Assembly (NCBI GenBank): GCA_963806225.1
Contig: CAWDXG010000004.1
Coordinates: 3,104,001 to 3,168,000 of the forward strand
DNA from: an uncultured delta proteobacterium
GTDB lineage: Bacteria > Myxococcota_A > Polyangia > Polyangiales > Polyangiaceae
Direction of reading: 5' to 3'
DNA: 64,000 nucleotides
Shown: positions 23,308 to 32,846 of the stretch, one piece after another
Numbering within the stretch: the stretch's first letter is position 1
Layout of the letters: every line of letters starts with the position of its first letter
Position numbers and translations under genes: made by a program
The notes under the pieces: model-generated
What the model was told of the DNA's origin: nothing
Seen by the model: only the letters and a program-made list of their open reading frames with translations
Database searches by the model: none

Positions 23308-24097
23308 GAAAGCGCCACCCGGCGGGGCGGCGAGCCGCGCTCCACGACGAGCAGCGTGTCCGTCGGCACCTCGGTCCAGGCCGTGCTGTCGTCCAGCGGC
23401 TCGGAAGCGATCACCACGCCGGGCGCCAACGGCGAAGGGCCGGCCGAAAGGAAGAGCGACGGAGCCTCCGCGCCCAGCGAGCTGCGCGCCGCGACCAGCT
23501 GCTCGCCATCACTGACGAGCAGGGTCAGGAGCGCCTGCGTGTCCGCCTGGCGCGCGAGCTCCGTGACGCGCGACAGCGCCCCCTGACGGCATCAGCAAGC
23601 CGCGTCGGTGCGGGGTCGAAGCGAGCGTATTCGTCGAGCAGCACGGCGAACACGTGCTCCGAGTCGGTATTGCCGCGGAGCCGCTCGTGCGATTCGTCCC
23701 CGAGCGACTCGCGCAGGCGACGCGCGACCTTCCTGTCGAACGCGCTGATGAAACCGTTGTGCAAAAAGGCGACCCTCCCGGCAGCGAACGGCTGCGTGTT
23801 CGCGAGCGACAGGCTGAGCGGATCCGTGGAGCTGCGGACGGCGGCCAGCATGCAGCCCGAACGGGCCGCGCGGCAGATGTGCCCGCGGTTCACGTCCGCC
23901 CAGATGGGCGCTGTCGAGCGATACAGACACGGCTCGGGGTCGCCGTCGAGATACCAGCCGGCGCCCCAACCGTCGGCGTTGACGAGGGCGCTCTGCAGCT
24001 TCGGCTCGTAGCTCTGCCTTTCGAGTGAATGGGGAGGCGCTTCCACCAGCGACGCGAGCGTCGCGGTGCGCCCGAGGTAGCCGAGCATGCGGCACAT
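23304..24097 (-). CDS. egtC: EgtC-like class II glutamine amidotransferase; frameshift near 23580
   Basis: N-terminal MCRMLGYLG, NADGWGAGWY, NTQPF, HNG, TDSE and C-terminal IASEPLD. GTGA overlap with egtB. Confidence 0.88.
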
Positions 24098-24245
24098 GGC
24101 CGGCCATGATAGGCGCGACGGCTTCGATTCGCAGCGTTTTGACTGGAAAACAGCCGGGTTGCACTCATACTGCGCGGGACCTATACGACAATGCCGCGCA
24201 ACCTGACCACCCGGCGAAGGCCGCGAGTGGACCGAGGGGTTTTTC

Positions 24246-25269
24246 ATGTTTAGTTACCGACAGCCCGCTGGATCGCGCCCACGCACCCACGCGGAAGCGC
24301 CACGACCGCCTGACGGTGGACGTCCATCTCCAACCGGGCTCGAACTCCACGATCGCCCGCGACGTGCTCGAGGGCCTGGGCAACTCGCCGAAGACACTGC
24401 CGCCGAAGTACTTCTACGACGACACCGGTTCACGTCTCTTCGATCGCATCTGCGACACGCGCGAGTACTACCAGACGCGAACCGAGCATGCCCTGCTCGA
24501 ACAGGTCGCGGACGACCTGATGGGTGGACTCGAACCTTCCGATCTCATCGAGCTGGGTAGCGGCGCTGCGCGCAAGACGCGTGTTCTGCTCGACGCGGCG
24601 GGCCGCGCGGGAGTTCGTTGTCGGTACGTGCCGTTCGATGTGAGCGAGAGCATGCTGAGGGACAGCGCAACCAAGCTGCTCTCCAGCTATCCGTGGCTCG
24701 GCGTCCACGGCATCGTCGGCGACTATGACCGCCATCTGGGCCAGCTCCCGCCGGGCGATCGCCGCTTGGTGGTGTTCCTCGGCAGTACCATCGGCAACTT
24801 CGCTCCCGACGAGGCCGTGCTGTTCCTCACGCGGGTCGCCCGACAGCTTCATGCGGGTGATCGCCTGCTGCTCGGCACGGATCTGGTCAAGGACCACGCG
24901 GTGCTCGACGCGGCCTACAACGACTCGGAAGGCCTCACGGCGGAGTTCAACAAGAATGTGCTCCGCGTGCTCAATCGCGAGCTCGGAGCGAGCTTCGATC
25001 CGGCCCGGTTCGAGCATGTGGCCTTCTTCAATGCGGAGCAGAGCCGCATCGAGATGCACCTCGAGGCCCGTGAGGCGCACCGGGTGCGGATTGCGAAGCT
25101 CGACATGGACGTGGGCTTCGAGCGTGGCGAGTCGATCCGGACCGAGATCAGCCGCAAATTCACCCGGCAGAGCGTGGCGGACCTGCTTGCGGCGGCCGGT
25201 TTGGAGCTGATCGAGTGGCACACGCCGGAAAACGGCTATTTCGGGCTCTCGCTGGCGCGGCCGCGGTAG
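24246..25269 (+). CDS. egtD: L-histidine N-alpha-methyltransferase; start uncertain (ATG 24246 is out of frame by one base, GTG 24316 is in frame)
   Basis: LPPKYFYD, EYYQTRTE, ELGSG, FLGSTIGNF, AYNDSEGLTAEFNKN and TEISRKF. Confidence 0.93.
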
Positions 25270-25405
25270 CTGACGGCCCGTCACCTGTGCCGCCCGGACC
25301 CATCGGGGGGCTCTGCGACGCTATCCCCTCTTGCGCTCCCGTGCCGGTGCGGGAAGAATGGCGCGCACGCGTCGTGAGGGGCGCGTCACACCTCAAGGCT
25401 TTGTC

Positions 25406-25999
25406 ATGCGCTCCGTACGTACCTATCTCTTCCTGACTGCTCTCGGATTCTCGGTCGTGGGCTGCACCCTCGTCACCGAGGTCGACCGCAGCAAGATCAA
25501 TCAGCCCGATGCGTCGGCAGCCGGCGGAGCCGCGGGCACCGGCGGCACGGCGGGCACTGGCGGAACCGCAGGCACCGGCGGCACGGCGGGCACTGGCGGC
25601 ACGGCGGGCACCGGCGGCACGGCGGGCACTGGCGGAACCGCGGGCAGCGGCGGCACCGCGGGCACTGGCGGAACCGCGGGCAGCGCGGCGGCACGGCGGG
25701 CACCGGCGGCACGGCGGGCACCGGCGGCACAGCGGGCACCGGCGGCACAGCGGGCACCGGCGGCACAGCGGGCACCGGCGGCACAGCGGGCACTGGCGGA
25801 ACCGCGGGCACCGGCGGCACGGCGGGCACTGGCGGAACCGCGGGCACTGGCGGCACGGCTGGCACCGGCGGCGCGGCGGGCACCGGCGGCACGGCGGGCA
25901 CCGGCGGCACGCGACGCCGGCACCGGCGGCACGACCGACGCCGGCACCGGCGGAACCGACGCGGGAACCGATTCCGGCGCCAGCGACGCCTCCATCTAG
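25406..25999 (+). CDS. Lipoprotein composed mainly of AGTGGT repeats
   Basis: MRSVRTYLFLTALGFSVVG-C lipobox followed by Gly/Thr/Ala repeats. Two compensating indels near 25685 and 25910. Confidence 0.75.
   Translation: MRSVRTYLFLTALGFSVVGCTLVTEVDRSKINQPDASAAGGAAGTGGTAGTGGTAGTGGTAGTGGTAGTGGTAGTGGTAGSGGTAGTGGTAGSAAARRAPAARRAPAAQRAPAAQRAPAAQRAPAAQRALAEPRAPAARRALAEPRALAARLAPAARRAPAARRAPAARDAGTGGTTDAGTGGTDAGTDSGASDASI
25532..25910 (+). repeat. 18-bp coding tandem repeat, about 21 copies
   Basis: Unit approximately GCGGGCAC(C/T)GGCGG(C/A)AC(G/C/A), encoding AGTGGT. Confidence 0.92.
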
Positions 26000-26007
26000 A
26001 GCCGATC

Positions 26008-27471
26008 TCACGGCATGGGCTTCACGGACACGTCGAGCACGTGGTCGCTCGAGCTGCCCTGACCGCACTGCACGGACACGAGACCGTACTCACCCACCGA
26101 ATAGCCGGCCGCCGCGCCGTCGCACGATACGCTGGTCGGTTTGCCGAGGAGCGGCGCGACGGCGATCAGGTGTGGTGCTGAAACGCCGGGATCCGCGCGG
26201 AACTTCAGCTCGAAGTTCCCCTGGGCCCGGTCGAAGCCAAAGCTCTCGGGCCAGCCCGCCACGCGTGCCGGCCGCACGCGCGCGAGCGCCTTCTGCAGAG
26301 CGCCTCGTGCCGTCCAGCTTCCGCTGGCCGCGTCGTGATCGAAGCAACCCCAGCTGCCCTGCGATTCCTCCTTCCACAACCAGAAGAAAGATGACGCCCC
26401 GTACTCCTCCTGCAGCTCGCTCTGCCAGGTGATGTAGTCACCGGCAACCGCGAGCCCCGGGTCGAAGCCCCACTCGGTGATCACGAGCGGAGCGTGCCAG
26501 GCGTCGGCTTCGCGGCGGGCGTTGTCGTTCGAGCGGCGGAGGTTCTCCTTGGTGAGCTTGGCCGGCACGGAAGTGAAGGCGTAGGTGTACACGTGGGGTG
26601 CGTACGCGCTCATCGGGCCCAGCGGCGTGGACGGCAGCGACGCCTTGTCGGTGAGGTTGCGCGTGACCGGCGGCTCGAACAGATACAGCTTTTCGGGCGC
26701 TGCTGCGCGGATCCGCGCGTAGGCTGCGTCGTTCAGCCGCTTGATGCCGGCGTCGTCGGCCTGCGGCTCGTTGAAGATCTCGAGGCCGACCACCGAGGGA
26801 TCGTCCTTGAAGCGGTCGATGACGTGTTCGGCCATCGTGACGAAGCGCTCGCGGAGCACGGTACCCTCGGCCGAGGCACCGAAGAAGGTGCTGAAGGCGT
26901 CGGTTACCTGCTGGCTGAGACGCCGATCGCCCAGATCCGTGAGCGGTCCGCCGAGGAGCTTCGTCGGCGGTGGCTGTATCGCCCAGAGCGGGGCTCCGTC
27001 CTCCCCGATTTCCTTGGAGTACGCGTCCTGGTGCAGATCGAGCAGCACGACCAGCCCCGCGGAGGCTGCGTCGTCGACCGCCTGGGCCACGCGATCGAGA
27101 TAGGCCTCGTCGAAGCCTCCGTCCGCGCTCGGCTCGACGCCGCTCCAGTTGACGGGAAGCCTGAGCGCGTCGAAGCCGAAGTCACGCATCCTCCCAGCGT
27201 CCGTGGCGTCGAATACCGGGATCGCCTCGAGCGGCTGCCGGCCGTCGTCGAAGCTCACATCGAACACGCCGTCGACGCGCGCGTTGACTCCGCGGAGGAA
27301 CACGACGCGCCCCTTTGCATCGACGAGCTGTCCGCAGTGCACGCCGAACGGCGCCCCGCTCGTCGGAGGTTCGCTACAAGGTGCCGTGCTTCCGCGCTTC
27401 GCGCCCACACTCCCGGACGAACAGCCGAACAGAAGCGACGTCGCCACGAGACAGATCGAAGCGCGCGTCAT
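26008..27471 (-). CDS. Glycoside hydrolase family 5 lipoprotein, endoglycoceramidase-like
   Basis: LLFG-C lipobox, LRGVN, LRLPVNWSGVEP, LDLHQD, FNEP (acid/base) and ITEWG (nucleophile), with a C-terminal beta domain. Confidence 0.88.
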   Translation of the reverse strand: MTRASICLVATSLLFGCSSGSVGAKRGSTAPCSEPPTSGAPFGVHCGQLVDAKGRVVFLRGVNARVDGVFDVSFDDGRQPLEAIPVFDATDAGRMRDFGFDALRLPVNWSGVEPSADGGFDEAYLDRVAQAVDDAASAGLVVLLDLHQDAYSKEIGEDGAPLWAIQPPPTKLLGGPLTDLGDRRLSQQVTDAFSTFFGASAEGTVLRERFVTMAEHVIDRFKDDPSVVGLEIFNEPQADDAGIKRLNDAAYARIRAAAPEKLYLFEPPVTRNLTDKASLPSTPLGPMSAYAPHVYTYAFTSVPAKLTKENLRRSNDNARREADAWHAPLVITEWGFDPGLAVAGDYITWQSELQEEYGASSFFWLWKEESQGSWGCFDHDAASGSWTARGALQKALARVRPARVAGWPESFGFDRAQGNFELKFRADPGVSAPHLIAVAPLLGKPTSVSCDGAAAGYSVGEYGLVSVQCGQGSSSDHVLDVSVKPMP

Positions 27472-27578
27472 ACGTGACTTTCTTCGCATCGTGCGCCACA
27501 ATATCATTGGGCAGGACGCGTCGGTCGCGGCGGCGAGCAACGCTTCCCGACTGCGTGGAATGCCCTTCGGCAGCCCCA

Positions 27579-28577
27579 ATGTCCGTCGGTCCGCACAAAG
27601 CCTTCCATCTGTATCGCCGCGAGTTCCTGGCCCTGCTCGGCACCTCGGCGGCAGCGAGCCTTTCGCCTGCGCGGGCGCTGGCCAAGCCGGAAAAGGCCCC
27701 ATTCAGGCAGCTTGATCTGCACCTTCCTGGCTATGCCGACCTGGCTCGCCGGGCTCTGGTGCTGGTGCCCGGAAACCTCGACCCCGCGCAGAAGCACCCC
27801 GCCGTGGTGCTCTTGCACGGATATGGCCAGGCGCTCCACGGCTCGCGCACGGCGACCGAGGCGTGGCGCGACGACTACGGTGTGGCGCGCGCGTACGGCA
27901 GGCTCGACCACCCACCGCTGAAGCGCGTCTTCCACCACGGCCACTATCTCAGCGACTCGCGACTCGCGGCGCTGGACAAGCAGCTCCAGCAGCAGCCCTT
28001 CGAAGGACTGGTGCTGATCTGTCCGGTCACGCCCATCCCCTACTTCCACAAACGATCGGGACCCATCTTCCGGAACTACGCGAGGTGGGTCGACAAGGTG
28101 CTCCTGCCCCACGTCCGGACGCGGGCGCCGGTCAGCGACGACCCGAAGCGAATCGGGCTGGCCGGGGTGTCGATGGGCGGACACGTCGCCATGGAGCTGT
28201 TCTTGCGCAAGCCCAAGCTGTTCGGTGCACTGTCGCTGATCCAGGCCGAGCTCACCCGCGGGTCGGCCTGGCACTACTCCCGACGCCTCGAGTCGACGCT
28301 CAAGCGCGTCGGTGCGCGCCCGATCCAGGTGGTCACGTCGACGCGCGATCACTACCGCTACGCCAACGAGCTGTTCCACCGCCAGCTCGCCAGCCGGGGC
28401 GTGGCCAACAGCTTCCAGGTCGACTACGGCCCGCACACTTCGAGGTGGATGGTCGAGGCCGGTTCGATCGAGACGCTACTCTGGCAGGATCGCGTGCTGC
28501 ACGCGCCGGAGCCGCACGAGCCGGTGCCGGAGAGCCCGGGTGTGGCTGGAACGCCACACTCAACGTCGCAGGCCTGA
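27579..28577 (+). CDS. Alpha/beta-hydrolase (esterase) with twin-arginine signal
   Basis: RREFL Tat motif, LLHGYG, GVSMGG nucleophile elbow and GPH. Confidence 0.82.
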   Translation: MSVGPHKAFHLYRREFLALLGTSAAASLSPARALAKPEKAPFRQLDLHLPGYADLARRALVLVPGNLDPAQKHPAVVLLHGYGQALHGSRTATEAWRDDYGVARAYGRLDHPPLKRVFHHGHYLSDSRLAALDKQLQQQPFEGLVLICPVTPIPYFHKRSGPIFRNYARWVDKVLLPHVRTRAPVSDDPKRIGLAGVSMGGHVAMELFLRKPKLFGALSLIQAELTRGSAWHYSRRLESTLKRVGARPIQVVTSTRDHYRYANELFHRQLASRGVANSFQVDYGPHTSRWMVEAGSIETLLWQDRVLHAPEPHEPVPESPGVAGTPHSTSQA

Positions 28578-28632
28578 GTCGGGTGTCCTGCCGCGGCGCG
28601 TTGTCCGGCGGTTTTTGACGGCCGCCACAAGC

Positions 28633-28649
28633 TGGCACACCCTCTGCTT
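28633..28649 (+). promoter_or_regulatory. Candidate sigma-54 (-24/-12) promoter
   Basis: TGGCACACCCTCTGCTT has GG-N10-GC spacing and lies about 20 nt upstream of ATG 28670. Confidence 0.55.
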
Positions 28650-28669
28650 GTCCCTTCTCCGGAAGACCG

Positions 28670-29548
28670 ATGCAGCTGAATCCGTTCCAACCGCTCGGCG
28701 CGACCCTTTTCGGGGCTGCCCTGCTCCTTTGCGCCTGCTCGAGCAGCGTCACCGACGCCTCCGGCAGCGCGCCGCTGAACCCCGAAGGACCCGTCGCGCA
28801 CAACGCCGCGGAGGCGTTCCCCGACGAGCCGAGCGGCGTGCCGGCGCTGTCGAACAGCGAGATCCTCCAGGCCTGCCTCGCCGCAGCCGACTGCGTGCCG
28901 AACCAGTACACCCAGGAGCAGATGCTCGGGCTCGTCCAGCTGTGCGTGCACGACGTGACCTTCTCCGCGGAGCGGGCGATCCCGATGAGCGGCTTCGCCA
29001 ACAACAACGAGCGAGCCGAGTACTTCGTGAAGTGCACGCTCGATAACGCCGGCAACTGCCCGAGCGTCGAGGCGTGCCGCACCGAGCGGCTGCCCGACAT
29101 CAGCTGCCAGGAAGACGGCTGCCGCATCCCGCGCGATACGGCCTCCAAGGTCACCTGCAACGGCGACATCGCCACCCTCGCGATCGGCGCTGCGAGCACG
29201 CACCGCGACTGCTCGCGCGCCTTCGCCCAGTGTGATCCCTCGAGCCCCACAGGCTGCACCGACCGCCACTACACCAGCTGTCCCGAGGGCGTCACGAAGG
29301 CGGATCGCTGCGACGGCGACGTGCGACTCGGCTGCGACGGCGCGGGCCAGGTCAGCTATCACGACTGCACGCGCATGGGCGGCAAATGCGGCGCGACCCC
29401 GAGCGGCGCAGAGGGTTGCGTCTATCCGGACGTGGACCCGGCCTGCCAGGCGAATCCTGAACCGGACCCTCGGTGTGTCTCGGGATCGATCCAGATCTGC
29501 GTCAACGGCCAGCAACTGACGCAGGCTGCACCGGGGGTCTGCAAGTAG
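28670..29548 (+). CDS. Cys-rich lipoprotein, function unknown
   Basis: LLLCA-C lipobox followed by many regularly spaced Cys residues. Confidence 0.8.
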   Translation: MQLNPFQPLGATLFGAALLLCACSSSVTDASGSAPLNPEGPVAHNAAEAFPDEPSGVPALSNSEILQACLAAADCVPNQYTQEQMLGLVQLCVHDVTFSAERAIPMSGFANNNERAEYFVKCTLDNAGNCPSVEACRTERLPDISCQEDGCRIPRDTASKVTCNGDIATLAIGAASTHRDCSRAFAQCDPSSPTGCTDRHYTSCPEGVTKADRCDGDVRLGCDGAGQVSYHDCTRMGGKCGATPSGAEGCVYPDVDPACQANPEPDPRCVSGSIQICVNGQQLTQAAPGVCK

Positions 29549-30058
29549 TCAGCGTCGCCGGCGCATTCCGACCAGAAGCACGAACCCGGCGAGCGCGGCG
29601 AGCAGAGCCCCCAGGCCGTGGACCCCGGAGCGCGGCGCGATGTGCGCGCCGCAGCCGTAGGCCGGGCCTTCGTTGCACACGTTGCCGTTCGCGCCGCTGT
29701 TGGGATTGGTGCCGTCCTTCAGCTCCTTTATGTCGGGCACGCCGTCGCCGTCGCTGTCGATGGGCGGATTCGCCGACTCCAGGGTCTTCTCGGCGGCGCG
29801 CAGGCCGTCCGGGCTCTGGCCTCTCAGGCCCGCGCCGTACATCGACAGACCGAACGGCTTGTCCACCGTGTACAGGCCGCCGTTCTGGTCGCGGTGACAG
29901 AGGGTGCACGGCGGCGCGCAGGGCATCCCCAGGTCCTTCTGGAGCTGCCCGGGATAGGTGGGGCTCGCACTGGCGGGGCGGGCCGGAAGCAGTACGAAAA
30001 CCGCGGCGAGCAGGCCGGCGAGAGCGGCCGGGCATCCTGACATGTTCCTGATATCCAT
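29549..30058 (-). CDS. Small monoheme c-type protein with DxDxDG Ca-binding repeat and MYXO-CTERM-like tail
   Basis: Signal peptide (PASA), CTLCH at 29894-29908, DSDGDGVPDIKEL, then YGC...LAALAGFVLLVGMRRRR. Confidence 0.8.
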   Translation of the reverse strand: MDIRNMSGCPAALAGLLAAVFVLLPARPASASPTYPGQLQKDLGMPCAPPCTLCHRDQNGGLYTVDKPFGLSMYGAGLRGQSPDGLRAAEKTLESANPPIDSDGDGVPDIKELKDGTNPNSGANGNVCNEGPAYGCGAHIAPRSGVHGLGALLAALAGFVLLVGMRRRR

Positions 30059-30072
30059 GGCTCTCGCTCCGG

Positions 30073-31443
30073 TCACAGGTACACGTGCAGCTGCGCGAGC
30101 AGCTCGAAGGAATCCTGCTGGCGCACCACGCCGTCGAGTCGCGCTTCGAAGTGCGGCAGGAAGAACCAGAACGCGCTGAGCCAACCGCCGAAGCGCGGCT
30201 GGCCGAAACCGGGCGACTTGGCCTGCAGGGTGCTCTGTTCGTAGCCCTCGTCGACAACCTCTCCGGTGGCGTCGAAGTGAAGCCCCTGCACGGGCTCGTA
30301 GTCCGCCTGCAAAAAGCCCGCATAGCCCGGATCGTGGCGGGACTTGAGCAGCGCATCGCCCTCGGCCAGGACGACCACCTGCGGCACGACCGCCACGCGA
30401 GCGAACAGACCATGCGCCTGCCGCAGCGTAGGCTGGTCCTCGAGCGTGGTGATGTCCGCCTGTGCGTGGGTCACAAGGCTGCTGGCGCCTACCGCCGCCC
30501 AGTCCGCCAGCATCCATTCCAGGTACCCGCTGTAGCCGCGCTCGCGGAAGCGATCGGGATTGATCTGGTAGTTGCCCGCGATCGCCATGATCTCGCCGCG
30601 GAACACGTCGCCGTTGTAGGCGAAGGCCACGCCGTGCTGCTGCTCGGATTCGCGATCCGTGCGCGTCGCCGCGCGCACCCACATCACGTGCTCGGGGATG
30701 CGCACGCCGAAGGGCAGGTTGATGCGGCCGGCGCGCAGCAGATACTTCTCGTTGGAAAACGCCCAGCCCAGCCAGTGCGTGCGCGATATCAGGTTGAACT
30801 GATCGCCCTGGTTGGTCGTGATCTGCGCAGCGCGCGTGTAGGCAAACTGCGCCGGCACCTTCGCTACGCCGAGGCTGCCCTCGGCACGGAAGCCGCCGAC
30901 CTCTAGCCCGCCGTACACGTCGGCCATCATCGGGAACGTCCAGAACGTCCTCTGCCCCGCTCTCTTCGCAGGGCGGATGACCGTCATGTGGCGGTAGCTG
31001 CCGCCAACCAGCAGCCAGTCCGGCGGTTTCAGGAGCCCCCACAGAAAGCCCGCCGAGGGGCTGGGGCCGGACGCCTTCGGTGGCGGAGGCGCCGGCTTGG
31101 GCTTGGGCTTGGCCGGCGCGCTGGTGTCGTCGTCGAAGCTGTCGAAGCTGTCGAAGCTGTCCGTCTTCTGCTTCGGCGTTTCCAGGCTGGCGGTCTGGCG
31201 GCCGTAGTGCATCCGCAAGAGCAGGTCGCCCTGGGCGCGGCCGTAGCGGGTCAGGAGCTCTCCGCCCGACGGGTCCATGTGGCAGGTCGTGCAGCCGCCG
31301 TAGCCGTGACGGATCATCCAGGGGTAGGCGTGGGCCTCCGTGCCCGCCAGGAGCACGACCAGCGCCGGGATGCACGCCAACAAGAGGCGCTGGAGGCGGC
31401 GGAAACCCTCGGGACCCCGACCGCACGAACGAAGTCGAAGCAT
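30073..31443 (-). CDS. Monoheme cytochrome c / outer-membrane beta-barrel fusion (Cyc2-like architecture)
   Basis: Signal peptide AHA-YPWMIRHGYGG, CTTCH at 31279-31293, LLTRYGR, then amphipathic strands ending LLAQLHVYL. Confidence 0.78.
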   Translation of the reverse strand: MLRLRSCGRGPEGFRRLQRLLLACIPALVVLLAGTEAHAYPWMIRHGYGGCTTCHMDPSGGELLTRYGRAQGDLLLRMHYGRQTASLETPKQKTDSFDSFDSFDDDTSAPAKPKPKPAPPPPKASGPSPSAGFLWGLLKPPDWLLVGGSYRHMTVIRPAKRAGQRTFWTFPMMADVYGGLEVGGFRAEGSLGVAKVPAQFAYTRAAQITTNQGDQFNLISRTHWLGWAFSNEKYLLRAGRINLPFGVRIPEHVMWVRAATRTDRESEQQHGVAFAYNGDVFRGEIMAIAGNYQINPDRFRERGYSGYLEWMLADWAAVGASSLVTHAQADITTLEDQPTLRQAHGLFARVAVVPQVVVLAEGDALLKSRHDPGYAGFLQADYEPVQGLHFDATGEVVDEGYEQSTLQAKSPGFGQPRFGGWLSAFWFFLPHFEARLDGVVRQQDSFELLAQLHVYL

Positions 31444-31490
31444 TGCCGACTTTATCGTCCAGCCCAGGGTGCCGGCGCAAGCCCCGTCGA

Positions 31491-32045
31491 CTACTGCATC
31501 TCGCGCAGCTTGAACTTGACCTTGATCTTCACGTCCGGGTGGACGCACACGCCCAGGTAGCAGGGCACCTCGATGCCGAAGTCGCGGATGTCGACCTCGG
31601 TGAGCCCCTGCACGTGGTAGTCGCTACCGGTGCGCTTGGCGCGGTAGCGGACGGTCACCGGCTTGGTGACGCCGTGCATGGAGAAGCGACCCACCGCGCT
31701 CGACTGCACGGTCTGCTTGTCCGCCGGCATCTTCAGCTTGCTGCGCTCGACCGTGAGGGTCGCGTTTGGGTACTTCTCCGTACCGAGGTAGTGCCTGAGG
31801 TGCCGGTCGCGAAGGGAAATACCTGTCTTCAGGTTCGTGAGGGGCGCGACGACGGTGAGCTTGCCGTCCTTCTCGGAAGCGCTGAGCAGGGAGGAGCGGC
31901 CGTCGATCTTCAAGCCCGCCGGTCCCACGGCGCGGAACTGCACGTCCGGATTGCCGATGCTCTCGAGCTTGGCTGCGGCGACCAGCGCCACGGTCATGAG
32001 AGCGACCAGCGCGGCCAGCGAGAGCAGCTTGAAGCGACGATTCAT
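31491..32045 (-). CDS. YceI-family periplasmic polyisoprenoid-binding protein
   Basis: Signal peptide, LKTGISLRDRHL, YPNA, MHGVTKPV and DFGI. Confidence 0.9.
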   Translation of the reverse strand: MNRRFKLLSLAALVALMTVALVAAAKLESIGNPDVQFRAVGPAGLKIDGRSSLLSASEKDGKLTVVAPLTNLKTGISLRDRHLRHYLGTEKYPNATLTVERSKLKMPADKQTVQSSAVGRFSMHGVTKPVTVRYRAKRTGSDYHVQGLTEVDIRDFGIEVPCYLGVCVHPDVKIKVKFKLREMQ

Positions 32046-32105
32046 GGGCAATACCTGGGACGGGGAGGCAGCGGCGCGTATTCAGGACAGTCCGCTTCTA
32101 TTGTC

Positions 32106-32760
32106 CTACGACGCGGGACCCGGAATGTTTCCCTGCGGCGCGTAACGAACAGCGCGACGCTGCGCCCCGGTCAGCGGCCAGCGGTAGGAAATATTCCGCT
32201 CGACGTGCCACCCGTCCAGTGCCGGCGGCTCGGCGCGGGCGAGCAGCACCCAGACGCCTCGTGTGGCCAGCCGCGCGCCTTCGACGAGCCAGTCGGCCGG
32301 GGCCAGCGTGGCGCGGGACACCGCGACCTGCCAACCGCCGGCAGCGAGCGCGTCGCTGCGCACCCGCTGCACGTCCACCTGACCGAGGCCCAGCGCGCCC
32401 ACCGCACTGCGCAGGAACGCGACGCGCTTGGTTCGCGGCTCGACCAGCGTCACGCGGAGCTCCGGCTCGAGCACAGCGAGAACCAGGCCGGGCGCACCAC
32501 CGCCGCTGCCGACATCGACCCAGCGCTCGCCCGGCACTACGCCGGCCGCCCAGAGCGTGACGGCGTCAGCGACGTAGAGATCGACCAGCTCGTCGGCGTC
32601 GCGGGCCGCAGTCGAGATCGACCCGCGCGTTCCACTCGACCACCAGGTCGAGCAGCTGCTCGAGGGCGGCGGAGGCACGCTCGTCCAGAGATGAGCCGAG
32701 CCCGGCGACCGCACGCTCGATGCGCGGCCGCCAGCCGGACCGTGGGCGGGAGAGCGGCAC
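32106..32760 (-). CDS. rsmG: 16S rRNA m7G527 methyltransferase; frameshift near 32615
   Basis: EWNARVDL-TA, VDVGSGGGAPG, LVEPRTKRVAFL and VSRA. Confidence 0.88.
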
Positions 32761-32846
32761 GGACGAAGGGATAGAACAGCTTGGCTGTCGCGCCCAGGCT
32801 CGATATCGACTGTCGGGCCGGAATGCGCTAGGAAGCCAGCGCTGGC

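Noticed and set aside
24098..24245. SAM riboswitch or strong promoter between egtC and egtD
   Set aside because: No recognisable riboswitch core. TTGCAC-N17-TATACG is only a weak sigma-70 match.
25532..25910. CRISPR-like array
   Set aside because: Contiguous 18-bp units with no unique spacers, lying in frame within a lipoprotein gene. No cas genes.
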